Below are positions 40,204-51,301 of a stretch of DNA of 64,000 nucleotides, piece after piece. The position numbers were made by a program, and so were the translations under genes. The stretch is from an uncultured delta proteobacterium. Its GTDB lineage: Bacteria; Desulfobacterota; Desulfobacteria; Desulfobacterales; JAHEIW01. The stretch spans positions 544,001-608,000 of the forward strand of contig CAVPNL010000004.1 of NCBI GenBank assembly GCA_963706575.1, in the 5' to 3' direction. The notes under the pieces are model-generated. The model worked only from the letters and a program-made list of their open reading frames with translations. It searched no databases and had not been told where the DNA came from. The number at the start of each line of letters is the position of its first letter. Within the stretch, counting starts at the first letter, position 1.

Positions 40204-40506
40204 ATGCAAGTACAAGACTACTGCAAGGCGATGTTGGCTGAAGTTACAGCATGGAAAGAGAAGCTCGAGGCAATGAAAAAAGTCGCTGACAGCTATGGAA
40301 CAGAACAGAAAGAAAAGGTACTTCCGCTTATCGGGCAGATAGAGCAGGAAGTCGTGAATGCGCAAATGCGTGTGCAGAAGCTCGAAACTGAATGCCCGTC
40401 TGACTGGTCGCCGATGAAAAATGAGCTCGATGATCTCTTCGGTACCATCGGAAGCAGTGTCGACCGTGCCTGGCGCGACCTGTCTCCTGGCGAAGTTGGT
40501 GGTTAG
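40204..40506 (+). CDS. Coiled-coil hypothetical protein
   Basis: AAGGA RBS; DYC....E...WK, ECPSDWSP; hairpin at 40518-40541 follows. Confidence 0.75.
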   Translation: MQVQDYCKAMLAEVTAWKEKLEAMKKVADSYGTEQKEKVLPLIGQIEQEVVNAQMRVQKLETECPSDWSPMKNELDDLFGTIGSSVDRAWRDLSPGEVGG

Positions 40507-40639
40507 CAGAAATCCTGAGGAGAGGCTCCGGCCTCTCCTCTGAGGCTGGAATATTTTTTTATGTTGGCTTACCCTTTACAACCCCCACCTTAAAATTCTG
40601 ATTGTGGTAGTCGATCAGATTGACGAATCGTTATTGTTA

Positions 40640-40903
40640 CTAATCGCTAACATCTCTTTGTATCGCGAGGTAATGGGTAATTTCGTCTTTTTCTTTGCGG
40701 ATCGGAACAATTTTCCATTCCATCATGAATTCGGATCCATCTTTTCTATAATTAATTGCCTGACCGTGAAACAACCTCCCCTCGGAAGTATCCTGATTCA
40801 ACCGTTCGAGTACGGCTTGATCGGTATTCGGCCCTTGTAGTATAGTGATTTGCCGATGATTTCATGGGGCCCATAACCGGTAAGCTCGCAGAACGCTGAA
40901 TTT
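40640..40903 (-). pseudogene. PAS (LOV-like) domain remnant, 5'-truncated and frameshifted
   Basis: NSAFCELTGYGPHEIIGKS / ILQGPNTDQAVLERL...INYRKDGSEFMMEWKIVPI...THYLAIQRDV in two frames. Confidence 0.75.
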
Positions 40904-41106
40904 TTAAATAAAAAGGCTACAAAGCGGACAGCGGCAGTTCCTTTTTTGTGTGCTCAAATACTAACCTTGCATGTCCAGCTCTATAGCCAAAAAAAATATG
41001 GGCATTGCGCTAAACTGCTGGCGCTTCATCGAGGCGCTATTTTTTGCATTGGATTCTCTGAATTTTGTCCACAACGTGAAAAATTTTAAACTTCCGAATG
41101 AATAAC

Positions 41107-42048
41107 TCAGCCGTTTTGCAGCTTTCGCAAGTTGTCGATTGCTATTCTGAAGCTATCAACATCCTTTAAAATCTGCATTTCAGGTCCATCGAAAAAACCA
41201 GCCAGAGGCGATGCGCCCTGCCCACCAATGAAAATAGTAATATCATCGCCCAAATAACGCCTCAATTTCTTTATCTCTAGATTCAATTGATGGCTGTCCT
41301 CATAATAGGTGATGCTAAGCGCCACTGCTCGAGCATCCGCATATGCTACCGCCGCTGCAATTTCTTCTGCCGGCAAACTGGGACCGAAATACAAGGATTG
41401 CCAGTTGGATTCACATGCAATTAATGCAATTGCCAGCGCGCCGAGCTCATGCTGATGTCCTGCCGGGGTCGCAATGACAATCTTCGGTGATGTCTCTGAA
41501 ACTTCAGCTGAACGCAGCAGATTCCACAAAAAGGATCGGATGACCGTGGTTGTCATATGCTCATTGATGACTTTTAGCTCTCCGTGTTCCCATAACTCTC
41601 CGATTTTTTGGCATAGTGGTTCGATGACGGCCTTGATCAACTCCAATTTGCTCAGGTGTACCGCTGCTCGATCAAGGACAGATTCCAAACCTTTGGCATC
41701 AAAATTGAGGACGGTGGACAGCGATCGTTCGTAGAAATAGGTCGCATCCAATGAAGCGGATTCGCGAGCAGTAGAAACCTCGGAAGCAGCTGGCACATCC
41801 AACTTAACGAGCTCCATCAAATCCTCGGGAGATAGACCTGCAATCTGAGAAATGCTGTGGCCGATTTTTACACCTGTTTTCAGCATCTTAAGGCGCTCGA
41901 TATCCTTTCCGCAAAACATCCGCCGGTTGGTTTCTGTTCTTTTGGGCACAACCGCCTGGTAGCGCTTCTCCCAAATACGTATTACATGTGTCGAAAGACC
42001 GGTTTGCTGTGCAACATATCGAATTGGATATACATATTTAATTTTCAT
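41107..42048 (-). CDS. MerR-family regulator with B12-binding domain (CarH/LitR-like photoreceptor)
   Basis: MerR HTH (IR.WEKRY...P.RT..NRR.F); W-x9-EH (WEHGELKVINEH); HQHELG B12 motif; YFGPSLP. Confidence 0.88.
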   Translation of the reverse strand: MKIKYVYPIRYVAQQTGLSTHVIRIWEKRYQAVVPKRTETNRRMFCGKDIERLKMLKTGVKIGHSISQIAGLSPEDLMELVKLDVPAASEVSTARESASLDATYFYERSLSTVLNFDAKGLESVLDRAAVHLSKLELIKAVIEPLCQKIGELWEHGELKVINEHMTTTVIRSFLWNLLRSAEVSETSPKIVIATPAGHQHELGALAIALIACESNWQSLYFGPSLPAEEIAAAVAYADARAVALSITYYEDSHQLNLEIKKLRRYLGDDITIFIGGQGASPLAGFFDGPEMQILKDVDSFRIAIDNLRKLQNG

Positions 42049-42054
42049 GGCTGG

Positions 42055-42109
42055 AATATAACATTTTTCTTTGACATTGTCAAATTTTTGTTTAACTTAT
42101 GTCTAATTT
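42055..42109. promoter_or_regulatory. Divergent sigma-70 promoters with three 11-bp CarH-type operator repeats
   Basis: TTGACATTGTCAA back-to-back -35 boxes; minus TTGACA-N17-TATATT; plus TTGACA-N16-TAACTT; repeats TTGTCAAATTT, TTGTTTAACTT, ATGTCTAATTT. Confidence 0.75.
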
Positions 42110-42176
42110 AAAGTGCATTTATACCTTATTTCATTCAGACCTAAATTCAAAACCCTTAAATTGTTAGGATCTAAAA

Positions 42177-44675
42177 ATGACCAGAGATGCAAACTCAACA
42201 GCGGATAACGAAAAGATCTTTGAAGATCAAATGAATATTCCAGAAGAATTACCCATCTTGACCCTAAAGGAGCAGGTGGCATTTCCAACACTGAATATGA
42301 CCTTAGCGATTCAGGCGGAGGCAACTTCACTGATTGAAAAGGCCATGAAAGGCGATCGAATTATCGGGGCTGTGGGTATCCGGAATCCAGTTGATGATCA
42401 GTCCATGACCAAACGGGTCTTTGAAACCGGCACTGTGATCCGGATTTTGTATGCGACCCGTGCATCCGACAACACCACCCTGTTGGTTGCCAGGGGGTTA
42501 GAACGATTCCGTATCGACCAATGGCTCTCAGAAAAGCCTTACCTGAAGGCTCGCATTACACTGGCTCCTGAAATAACTGAGACGGATATTGAGACGGATG
42601 CATTGTTTCGCAGCCTACGCGGCCTCTCGCAGGAAGTATTTTCCTTGATGCCCAACATACCCAAAGAGGCGGTCGAAGGGCTGGCAAGCATCCGAGACCC
42701 TTTGCATTTAGCCTATATCGCTGCCGCCCATGCCGATATCGATTTTCAAAAACGGCAAAATCTACTGGAAGAAGACCGCCTCAAGGTAAAGCTGCGCGAA
42801 TCAGTGACGATCTTGTCCCGTGAAAAAGAGGTGCTGGCGCTCGGGAAAAAAATCCAAACCGAAGCCCAAGACGAAATGAACAAGTCACAGCGGGAATATT
42901 ATTTGCGGCAGCAACTCGAGGCCATAAAAAAAGAGCTGGGAGAAACCAATGGCGAGAAATCCGAATCCGATGAATACCGACAACGCATCGAAAAATCAGA
43001 CATGAGTGCCGAAGCGCGTAAAGAAGCCCTCAGAGAGCTGGACCGATTCGCCCAAATGACGCCCCAGTCGGCTGAGTACTCCCTGATCAAAACCTATCTG
43101 GACTGGTTACTGGATCTCCCTTGGAATCAACTAAGCGAGGATCAAGCGGATATTAAGGTCGCACGGGAAATCCTAGACGAGGATCACTATGGTCTGCAAG
43201 AGGTCAAGGATCGCCTTATTGAATACTTGGCGGTTCGAAATCTTCTGAAGATCCGAGGACCCCAGAAAAATAAGGAACCCAAGGCGCCATTTTCAACCGC
43301 CATGGGCGTCATATTGTGTTTTGCCGGACCGCCGGGTGTCGGTAAAACCAGCTTGGGACAGAGCATTGCGCGAGCCATGGGGCGTGAATTTACTCGCATG
43401 AGCCTTGGCGGAATACGGGACGAAGCTGAAATTCGAGGTCACCGTCGGACATATATCGGCGCAATGCCGGGACGAATCATTCAGGCGATTAAGCGCGCCG
43501 GCACCCGCAATCCTGTCTTTATGCTGGATGAAGTCGACAAGATCGGTTCGGATTGGCGCGGCGACCCCAGTAGTGCCTTATTGGAGGTATTGGATCCTGC
43601 TCAAAACGCCACCTTTCGCGACCATTACCTGGATGTCGATTTTGACCTGAGCGATGTAATCTTTATTGCCACAGCCAATCAATTGGAAAGTATTCCGTTG
43701 GCATTGAGGGATCGTTTGGAAATCATTCAATTAGAAGGCTATACCGAGTTTGAAAAAACTCAGATCGCCAAACGACACCTAATTCCCCGGCAATTGACCA
43801 GTCATGGCCTGATCGATAGCGAGATGACCTTTATGGACGAGGCGATCCGGAAAATTATTAGTAGCTACACCCGCGAAGCCGGAGTCCGTCAACTAGAAAG
43901 GCTTATCGGTTCCGTCTGCCGTAAATGCGTCGTCAACCTGACGACCCATGGTTGGTCGCATGTCATCGTTACTCCTGAGCAAGTGACAGAATACCTGAAG
44001 AAAGAGAAATTCGAAACCGAACATTCTGAAGTTATTGATATGCCGGGCGTTGCAACCGGTTTGGCGGTGACGGCAAACGGAGGTGACATTCTCTATATTG
44101 AGGCAACGCGAATGCACGGTGACGGGCAACTGCACTTAACCGGTCAACTCGGCGACGTCATGAAAGAAAGTGCTCAAATTGCCTACAGCTATATCCGTGC
44201 ACACGCCGAAAAGTTGGCGATTGAGCCCCAAGCATTTGATAAACGGAAAGTTCATTTGCACGTGCCGGCCGGTGCAATTCCCAAAGATGGTCCTTCGGCG
44301 GGAATCGCCATGACCATGGCCCTGGCGAGCCTGTTCAGCAACCGTCCCGTGCGCAGTGATGTCGGGATGACCGGCGAAATCACGTTACGCGGGCGCATAC
44401 TTCCGGTGGGTGGAATTAAGATGAAGGTTCTAGCGGCCCACCGCGCCGGGCTCACGACCGTGATTTTGCCCAAGCGTAATGCACGCGATCTGCACGACGT
44501 ACCCGAAGAGATTCGTAATGCCATGCAATTTATACCGGTGGATCGGATCGATGAGGCCATCGATATCGGACTGACACGATCAGAAAACAGCGCGGGAGGC
44601 GATTATCGCCCCATTGATCGTAACCTGGATCCACTCAACGAAGAGATTTCAGCGTTAGATTCTTCCGTTAGGTAA
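42177..44675 (+). CDS. lon: ATP-dependent Lon protease
   Basis: GPPGVGKTS, RGHRRTYIGAMPG, PKDGPSAG. Confidence 0.97.
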   Translation: MTRDANSTADNEKIFEDQMNIPEELPILTLKEQVAFPTLNMTLAIQAEATSLIEKAMKGDRIIGAVGIRNPVDDQSMTKRVFETGTVIRILYATRASDNTTLLVARGLERFRIDQWLSEKPYLKARITLAPEITETDIETDALFRSLRGLSQEVFSLMPNIPKEAVEGLASIRDPLHLAYIAAAHADIDFQKRQNLLEEDRLKVKLRESVTILSREKEVLALGKKIQTEAQDEMNKSQREYYLRQQLEAIKKELGETNGEKSESDEYRQRIEKSDMSAEARKEALRELDRFAQMTPQSAEYSLIKTYLDWLLDLPWNQLSEDQADIKVAREILDEDHYGLQEVKDRLIEYLAVRNLLKIRGPQKNKEPKAPFSTAMGVILCFAGPPGVGKTSLGQSIARAMGREFTRMSLGGIRDEAEIRGHRRTYIGAMPGRIIQAIKRAGTRNPVFMLDEVDKIGSDWRGDPSSALLEVLDPAQNATFRDHYLDVDFDLSDVIFIATANQLESIPLALRDRLEIIQLEGYTEFEKTQIAKRHLIPRQLTSHGLIDSEMTFMDEAIRKIISSYTREAGVRQLERLIGSVCRKCVVNLTTHGWSHVIVTPEQVTEYLKKEKFETEHSEVIDMPGVATGLAVTANGGDILYIEATRMHGDGQLHLTGQLGDVMKESAQIAYSYIRAHAEKLAIEPQAFDKRKVHLHVPAGAIPKDGPSAGIAMTMALASLFSNRPVRSDVGMTGEITLRGRILPVGGIKMKVLAAHRAGLTTVILPKRNARDLHDVPEEIRNAMQFIPVDRIDEAIDIGLTRSENSAGGDYRPIDRNLDPLNEEISALDSSVR

Positions 44676-44766
44676 ATCGAAAGCTTTTACACCGAATAAT
44701 GAGCCACTAAAAATCGGCCTGGTAAACGCATTGAGTCTTCGCGCGTAATAAAGAAAGGATTGACCC

Positions 44767-46632
44767 ATGCAGAATCAAAATCGGCTAAGAACATTAATAA
44801 TTATTGGTGGTATTTGGCTTGCCTTGCTGCTGTTTAATTTTCTATCGACGAATGCCGCCGTGAAGACAATACCATACAGCGAATTCTTACAACTCGCCAA
44901 AGAAGGAAAGGTTTCGGAAGTTGCGGTGTCAGACAATGTCATTCAGGGCAAAATGTTTACCGACAACTCCGACCCTGAACAGGGCGAATCCTTCCAAGCG
45001 GTACGGGTCGATGCGGAAATCTCTGATGTACTTGAGCAAAACGGCATTGAATATGCCGGAAAAATCCAGTCGAATTTTCTTTCAAATCTTTTTTCATGGA
45101 TTTTTCCAGTGCTCCTGTTTCTTGGCTTATGGTTTTTGATTATGCGACGATTTCAAAAACAGCAGGGGGGATTCATGACCCTGGGTAAAAATAAGGCCAA
45201 AATCTACATGGAAAACGACGTCGAGGTCAGATTCGAAGACGCCGCGGGCGTTGATGAGGCCAAAGAGGAACTGGTGGAGGTTATCGATTTTATAAAAGAA
45301 CCCGAGCGGTTTACACGCATCGGCGGACAGATTCCGCGCGGCATTTTGCTGGTCGGCCCTCCTGGCACCGGAAAAACCCTGTTGGCAAAGGCAGTGGCTG
45401 GGGAAAGCGGAGTGCCTTTTTTCAGTTTAAGTGGCTCGGAGTTCGTCGAAATGTTTGTCGGTCTGGGCGCAGCACGGGTAAGAGACTTATTTAAACAGGC
45501 CAAAGACAATGCGCCCTGCATCATTTTCATCGATGAACTGGACGCCCTGGGCAAAGCAAGGGGATTCGGCACCGTCGGCGGGCACGATGAACGCGAACAA
45601 ACTTTAAATCAGCTTTTGGTGGAATTAGACGGATTTGATCCGAATATCGGTGTCATCTTGATGGCGGCGACCAACCGCCCGGAGATCCTTGACCCCGCTT
45701 TGCTGAGGCCGGGTCGTTTTGATCGCCAGATACTGGTTGATCGACCCGACAAACAGGGCAGGAAAGAAATTTTAAAAGTTCATCTCAAAAAAATAACGGC
45801 CGCAGATGATCTGGACGTTGATACCCTGGCCGGTATGACTTCAGGCATGGTGGGAGCCGATCTTGCCAACCTGGTCAATGAGGCTGCCCTTTTATCCGTA
45901 AGAAGAAATAAGCCTGCAGTGGGTATGACCGAGTTTGAAGAGGCGGTTGAAAGGGTCGTTGCCGGTCTTGAGAAAAAGAATCGGTTGATCAACCCGAAAG
46001 AAAAAAAGATTGTCGCCTATCATGAACTCGGGCATGCGATTGTCGCCATGACACTGCCCGAAACCGATCCTGTCCAAAAGATCTCTATTATCCCGCGGGG
46101 TATTGCTGCCCTTGGCTATACCATGCAGGTGCCCACTGAAGATCGGTTCTTAATGCGCCGAACCGAGTTGTTGAATCGAATTGCGACGCTATTGGGCGGA
46201 CGGGCTGCTGAGGAAATTGTATTTGATGATATTTCCACCGGTGCACACAATGACCTCTCCAGAGCGACTGATATCGCGCGTAGCATGGTCAAGGAGTACG
46301 GCATGAGCCGTCAATTGGGGCAGGTCTATTTTTCCCGCAATAAGCAAAGCCCATTTCTCAATGCGAATCCGGACAGCGGTGGTGATTACAGTGAAATGAC
46401 GGCTCACTTAATCGACAAAGAGATTCGTCAAATCATCGATGAGCAGTATGAAAGAGTTCTGGGCATATTAAAATCCAGGCGGGATATTTTGGATGAGGCT
46501 GCGAAGAAACTGCTGGAAAGTGAGGTCATAGAGGGCGAGGAGCTCAAAGCACTGGCGGAGACCGTGTCACAAAGCGGAATGCCAGAAGACGATTCCGGTA
46601 TTTCACAAAGCAGTCATGCCCTGGCGGCTTAA
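44767..46632 (+). CDS. ftsH: ATP-dependent zinc metalloprotease FtsH
   Basis: Two TMs, [23 protein letters not shown]. Confidence 0.97.
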   Translation: MQNQNRLRTLIIIGGIWLALLLFNFLSTNAAVKTIPYSEFLQLAKEGKVSEVAVSDNVIQGKMFTDNSDPEQGESFQAVRVDAEISDVLEQNGIEYAGKIQSNFLSNLFSWIFPVLLFLGLWFLIMRRFQKQQGGFMTLGKNKAKIYMENDVEVRFEDAAGVDEAKEELVEVIDFIKEPERFTRIGGQIPRGILLVGPPGTGKTLLAKAVAGESGVPFFSLSGSEFVEMFVGLGAARVRDLFKQAKDNAPCIIFIDELDALGKARGFGTVGGHDEREQTLNQLLVELDGFDPNIGVILMAATNRPEILDPALLRPGRFDRQILVDRPDKQGRKEILKVHLKKITAADDLDVDTLAGMTSGMVGADLANLVNEAALLSVRRNKPAVGMTEFEEAVERVVAGLEKKNRLINPKEKKIVAYHELGHAIVAMTLPETDPVQKISIIPRGIAALGYTMQVPTEDRFLMRRTELLNRIATLLGGRAAEEIVFDDISTGAHNDLSRATDIARSMVKEYGMSRQLGQVYFSRNKQSPFLNANPDSGGDYSEMTAHLIDKEIRQIIDEQYERVLGILKSRRDILDEAAKKLLESEVIEGEELKALAETVSQSGMPEDDSGISQSSHALAA

Positions 46633-46708
46633 CCTGTCTGGGAGGGGTTTCAAAACCCCATCTGTTGGATGTAGCAAATAAATTAAAATCTTATCGGAGG
46701 TGAATCCC

Positions 46709-47200
46709 ATGAAAACGTTAATATCTATTATCATATTGATTCTGTTTATCGTCCCCAATGTAATGGCTGCAGGTAGTGCATCGTCCAGCCCTGCCGTTTC
46801 CAAGGATGTTAAAATCTATAACAAAGGGGTTAAGCTGATGCTGGACAAGAAATTTGCTAAAGCTGAAAAGCAATTCCGGAAAGCCCTGGAAATTAACGAG
46901 CGTTTCGCAGAAGCCCATAATAACCTGGCCTATACTTTAAGAAAGCAGGGGGCCGATCATTTCGACGAGGCCCTGATGAATTATAATCGGGCGATCGAGC
47001 TAAATCCGAATTTACCAGAACCGTATATGTATCGCGGGGTGCTGTATGTACAGATGGGAAACAAATCGTTCGCGCTGAAAGATCATGAAAAGCTGGTCAC
47101 GATGGGCCCACCCCTATCAGATGAACTGGAATACGTTGTGGTCAATGGACGCGAAAAAGAGCCTGAACAATTTTTCGGTGTATCGCGTAAGATGAAATAG
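46709..47200 (+). CDS. Exported TPR protein
   Basis: Signal peptide; AEAHNNLA, YNRAIELNP, YMYRG; GGAGG RBS. Confidence 0.85.
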   Translation: MKTLISIIILILFIVPNVMAAGSASSSPAVSKDVKIYNKGVKLMLDKKFAKAEKQFRKALEINERFAEAHNNLAYTLRKQGADHFDEALMNYNRAIELNPNLPEPYMYRGVLYVQMGNKSFALKDHEKLVTMGPPLSDELEYVVVNGREKEPEQFFGVSRKMK

Positions 47201-47404
47201 ATTCAGCTTCGCAACGATAACCTCTTGTTTTTCCGATATACAAAAAGAGGTTAAGCTATCATTTCTAAAATCTTTCTTGATTGACTAAAAATGGTGATTT
47301 ATATTCTATTTTTAATCAATTATTTTATTTTTTTCGGGTCAATTAATGTAATTATGAATTTGCTTCACGTTTGAAAAGCCGCTTAATGAAGGATATTGAA
47401 ATAA

Positions 47405-47767
47405 ATGAATAAAAAAAATCTCCAATACTTTAAGCGTAAGCTCACTGCACAGCTTCAAGATTTATTGACCGGCTCTGATTGTAATTTTGGCGACCTTAAG
47501 GCACCCGACGAGCATCTGGCGGATCCGGTCGACCGGGCAACTTATACCACCGAGCGTAATTTTTCCCATCATCTGTGCAGCAGGAACAACAGTGTCATCA
47601 AAGAAATCGAGCAGGCACTGCAGGATATTGAAAATGGTGATTACGGCATTTGTGACCGCTGCAACGAGGATATTCCCATCAAGCGGTTAAAAGTCCGGCC
47701 GATGGCGCGCTATTGTATCAGCTGTAAATCGCAGCTTGAAAATGAACAGATGCTCGCCGACAGTTGA
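47405..47767 (+). CDS. dksA: DksA/TraR C4 zinc-finger protein
   Basis: DPVDRA coiled-coil tip; YGICDRC...I..KRL..RP.A.YCISC. Confidence 0.85.
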   Translation: MNKKNLQYFKRKLTAQLQDLLTGSDCNFGDLKAPDEHLADPVDRATYTTERNFSHHLCSRNNSVIKEIEQALQDIENGDYGICDRCNEDIPIKRLKVRPMARYCISCKSQLENEQMLADS

Positions 47768-47792
47768 GCCTCAAATATTCAGGAGAACACCA

Positions 47793-48356
47793 ATGACAAA
47801 CTCAATAACAAGACCTATGCCAATTTTTGCGGCACGGTTTAAAATAATACCTTTTTTAGTGCTGTTTTTTGCGATAACGGGCTGTGCGACCGCCCCCCCG
47901 ATTGAAACGGTTGATTCGGTCAATATAGAGCGTTTCATGGGAGACTGGTATGTGATCGCCAATATTCCTCACGCTATTGAAAAAGATGCTTATAACGCCC
48001 TTGAATCTTATCGTCTGGCTGAGGATGGAACCATTGAAACAACCTTTACTTTCAACAAGGGCGGTTTCGATGGCCCACTCAAGACCTATAAACCCCGGGG
48101 GTTTATTCAGGATAAGGAATCAAATGCTGTTTGGGGAATGCAGTTTTTTTGGCCGATTAAGGCAGAGTACCGCATCATCTATCTTAACGAGGATTATACC
48201 CAAACGGTCATCGGTCGCACCAAAAGAGACTATGTCTGGGTCATGGCCAGAAAACCTTATATTCCGCACGATGACTACAACCGGATCTTGGATTTTATCA
48301 AATCGCAGGGCTACGACCTGAGTAAGCTGCAAAAAGTTCCACAGCAGGTTAGATAG
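47793..48356 (+). CDS. Bacterial lipocalin (Blc-like lipoprotein)
   Basis: Lipobox ITG-C; RFMGDWYVIA; YVWVMARKP. Confidence 0.9.
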   Translation: MTNSITRPMPIFAARFKIIPFLVLFFAITGCATAPPIETVDSVNIERFMGDWYVIANIPHAIEKDAYNALESYRLAEDGTIETTFTFNKGGFDGPLKTYKPRGFIQDKESNAVWGMQFFWPIKAEYRIIYLNEDYTQTVIGRTKRDYVWVMARKPYIPHDDYNRILDFIKSQGYDLSKLQKVPQQVR

Positions 48357-48504
48357 GATCATTTAACGGATATTTAACGTATTTGCCGTCAGATGATTGT
48401 GTAATGTGTTCGTAACACTATCCAAGATCCCGGTGGGGGATGTATTCTAATGACGGTTTGATTCTCTTTAAATACTGACCCTGCTTTATTGGAAGGACAA
48501 CAAG

Positions 48505-49083
48505 ATGAGCCTAAAACTTTACCGGTCCCTATATACCATCGTTGCGTTGATCGCGATGATTTTAATCCAGCCCCAGAGCAAAGCGGCAGAGGTTAATGGT
48601 ATCAACTTTGATGATCAGTATGCGGCCGGAGACACGGTGTTGAAAATAAGAGGTGCCGGTCTATTGCGCGTCATGGCATTTGCAAAGGTATATGTCAGCG
48701 CCCTCTATCTGCCGGAGGATTGTGCTTCTAAACTGGTGCTTTCAGATGTGCCCAAGCGATTGGAAGTTGAATATATGAGATCCATCGCGGGCAATGATTT
48801 CGGCCGTGTCACCAACAAAAAAATATCTGAGAATGTAGATTCGCAGACCTTTGAGCGGCTGCGACCCCGCATTCTATATCACAATTCACTGTATCAGGAT
48901 GTTCAACCCGGCGACCGGTATTCTTTGACATACATTCCCGGTAAGGGGACGGAACTGGCGTTAAACGGTGAACCCCAGGGTGTTATCGAAGGCGCTGATT
49001 TTGCGGCCGCCGTGTTTTCCATCTGGCTGGGGCCTAAACCCATCAGCGAATCCCTAAAAAAAGATCTCCTGGACTTATCGTGA
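48505..49083 (+). CDS. Chalcone isomerase-like protein
   Basis: GAGLLR....KVYVSALYL, F..AVFSIWLG.KP....LK..LL. Confidence 0.85.
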   Translation: MSLKLYRSLYTIVALIAMILIQPQSKAAEVNGINFDDQYAAGDTVLKIRGAGLLRVMAFAKVYVSALYLPEDCASKLVLSDVPKRLEVEYMRSIAGNDFGRVTNKKISENVDSQTFERLRPRILYHNSLYQDVQPGDRYSLTYIPGKGTELALNGEPQGVIEGADFAAAVFSIWLGPKPISESLKKDLLDLS

Positions 49084-50483
49084 AAACCCAGCATGCAGAT
49101 CCTGTCGCTTTGTCGAAAAAAATCGCCTATTCAGCGCCGGCCTTTGCCCTGGCGGTCGTCGGCATACCGGTTTACGTCTATATCCCCAAATTTTATACCG
49201 ACGTGGTGGGTATCAATATCGCGGTTTTAGGCACCCTTTTATTCAGCGTGCGCATTTTTGATGCCCTGACCGATCCCGCTATTGGGTATATCTCGGATCG
49301 GAGCCAAACCCGATTTGGCAGGCGCCGCCCGTATATTGCCATCGGATCGCTTTTTGTCGTCGTAAGCATGTATCTGCTGTTTACACCCCCGCAGGCGTCT
49401 GCTGATTTCGAGACCTGGTGGTTTGGCATCTGTATCTACGCGTTGTTTTTGTTTTGGACCGTGGTGGTGGTCCCTTTTGAATCCCTGGGTCCTGAAATCA
49501 CTTTCGACTATCATGAACGCACCTCCCTTTTTGGCATGCGCGACGGATTTCTCATCGCCGGCACCCTGATGGCGGCCAGCTCACCGGCAATCGTCGAATG
49601 GGCCTTTGATCTGACTTCAGACGCTGCAGGCGAGCGCGCTAAATTTTTCTGGATCGCAGTGATATATGCGCCTTTGTTAATCGGCTCCTGCTGGTGGTGT
49701 GTCTTCGCAATTAAAGAAAAACCAGCCGGCCAAGCCCTGAATCCCACCGGACTGTGGATGGGGTTTCGCTATGTGGCCCGCAATCGACCCTTTGTTATTT
49801 TGATCATCTCTTATACGATTGCGGCAATCGGCAGTAATTTGCCGGCAACTCTGATTTTATATTATGTCGAGTACGTCTTGCAGTCGCATCTGGCCGATAC
49901 CTTCCTACTGCTTTATTTTGTGACCGGAATCATCTTTCTGCCCGGTTGGATTTTGCTTTCGCGTCGCATCGGTAAGAAGGCGGCCTGGCTGACATCCATG
50001 GTCATCAATACCGGTGCATTTATCGGTGTCTTTTTTCTGGGCCCCGGTGATGCGCAGATCTACGGTATCCTGGTTGTTCTATCCGGCATCGGCTTTGGCG
50101 CCACCCTGGCGTTGCCATCCGCCATTCAGGCGGATGTCATTGATTACGATGAACTGCTTACCGGCCAGCGACGGGAGGGACAGTATATCGGCCTGTGGTC
50201 TATTGCCAAAAAATTTGCTGCTGCCATCGGTGTGGGCGCGGGACTGTCCATCCTCGGTTACGCCGGTTATGAACCAAATGTCGCACAAACCCAACAGGTG
50301 CAGCTGACCCTGAGAACTTTGTATGCGCTGGTGCCGTCGGCCTGCAATGTGATCGCCTTTGTCATCGTTTTGGCATACCCGATCAGCAGCCGCGTTCATG
50401 AGCAAATTCGCAACGCGATTGCTGAGCGCCAGGCCGGCAATCCGGTGGCAGATCCGTTGAAGCCGCAGCGAATGATCTCATAA
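49080..50483 (+). CDS. MFS transporter (GPH/MelB-like)
   Basis: DALTDPAIG.ISDR...RFGRRRPY; ADVIDYDE..TG.RREG. Confidence 0.9.
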   Translation: MKTQHADPVALSKKIAYSAPAFALAVVGIPVYVYIPKFYTDVVGINIAVLGTLLFSVRIFDALTDPAIGYISDRSQTRFGRRRPYIAIGSLFVVVSMYLLFTPPQASADFETWWFGICIYALFLFWTVVVVPFESLGPEITFDYHERTSLFGMRDGFLIAGTLMAASSPAIVEWAFDLTSDAAGERAKFFWIAVIYAPLLIGSCWWCVFAIKEKPAGQALNPTGLWMGFRYVARNRPFVILIISYTIAAIGSNLPATLILYYVEYVLQSHLADTFLLLYFVTGIIFLPGWILLSRRIGKKAAWLTSMVINTGAFIGVFFLGPGDAQIYGILVVLSGIGFGATLALPSAIQADVIDYDELLTGQRREGQYIGLWSIAKKFAAAIGVGAGLSILGYAGYEPNVAQTQQVQLTLRTLYALVPSACNVIAFVIVLAYPISSRVHEQIRNAIAERQAGNPVADPLKPQRMIS

Positions 50484-50512
50484 AAACGGATAGGGTGTCT
50501 GGAGTAATTAGA

Positions 50513-51301
50513 ATGGAAAATTTAATCACCATTTTCGGCGGAAACCTTGTCGCAGTGATAAGCATGATGATTTGCGGCTGGTCGATCAGCCTGATTTATA
50601 AAAACGTGTCTGTTGTCGACAGTCTCTGGGGACTGGGATTTGTCCTTATTGCCTGGTTGACCTTTGGCCTGGCTGAGGGATTCGCCGGGAGAAAAATTCT
50701 AATCGTTTTGCTTACCACGGCTTGGGGACTGCGGCTGAGTGCGCATTTGTCCTGGCGCAACTGGGGAAAGGGTGAAGATCCCCGCTATGGTGGCTGGAGA
50801 AAGGCCAGCGGCGACCAATTCTGGATCGTCAGTCTATTTAAAGTGTTTTTGCTCCAGGCTCTGTTTTTATGGGTGATCGCCCTGGCGATTCAATACGGTC
50901 AGGTATCACCCACACCTGCCCATTTGACCGGGCTCGATGTTTTGGGATCGATCATTTGGATGATCGGTTTTGTTTTTGAATCCGTCAGCGACTGGCAGCT
51001 GGCGCGATTTAAAGCGGATCAGACCAACGCGGGTAAGGTGATGGACCGCGGATTATGGGCTTATTCGCGTCATCCCAACTACTTCGGTGAGTGCTTAATC
51101 TGGTGGGGGATTTTTCTGGTTGCATTATCCACGCCAAATAGCTGGTGGACTGTAGTGAGTCCCATAGTCATTACCGCCGTCTTGCTCAAAATGACTGGCA
51201 TTCCGCTGACTGAAAAAACTATCATCAATACCCGGCCCGGGTACCGCGACTATATCAAGCGCACCCCGCCGTTTTTTCCCTGGTTTCCCAAAAAAAATTA
51301 A
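50513..51301 (+). CDS. DUF1295 family membrane protein (steroid reductase-like)
   Basis: VD.LWG, WGLRL, EDPRY, GLWAYSRHPNYFGE. Confidence 0.9.
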   Translation: MENLITIFGGNLVAVISMMICGWSISLIYKNVSVVDSLWGLGFVLIAWLTFGLAEGFAGRKILIVLLTTAWGLRLSAHLSWRNWGKGEDPRYGGWRKASGDQFWIVSLFKVFLLQALFLWVIALAIQYGQVSPTPAHLTGLDVLGSIIWMIGFVFESVSDWQLARFKADQTNAGKVMDRGLWAYSRHPNYFGECLIWWGIFLVALSTPNSWWTVVSPIVITAVLLKMTGIPLTEKTIINTRPGYRDYIKRTPPFFPWFPKKN

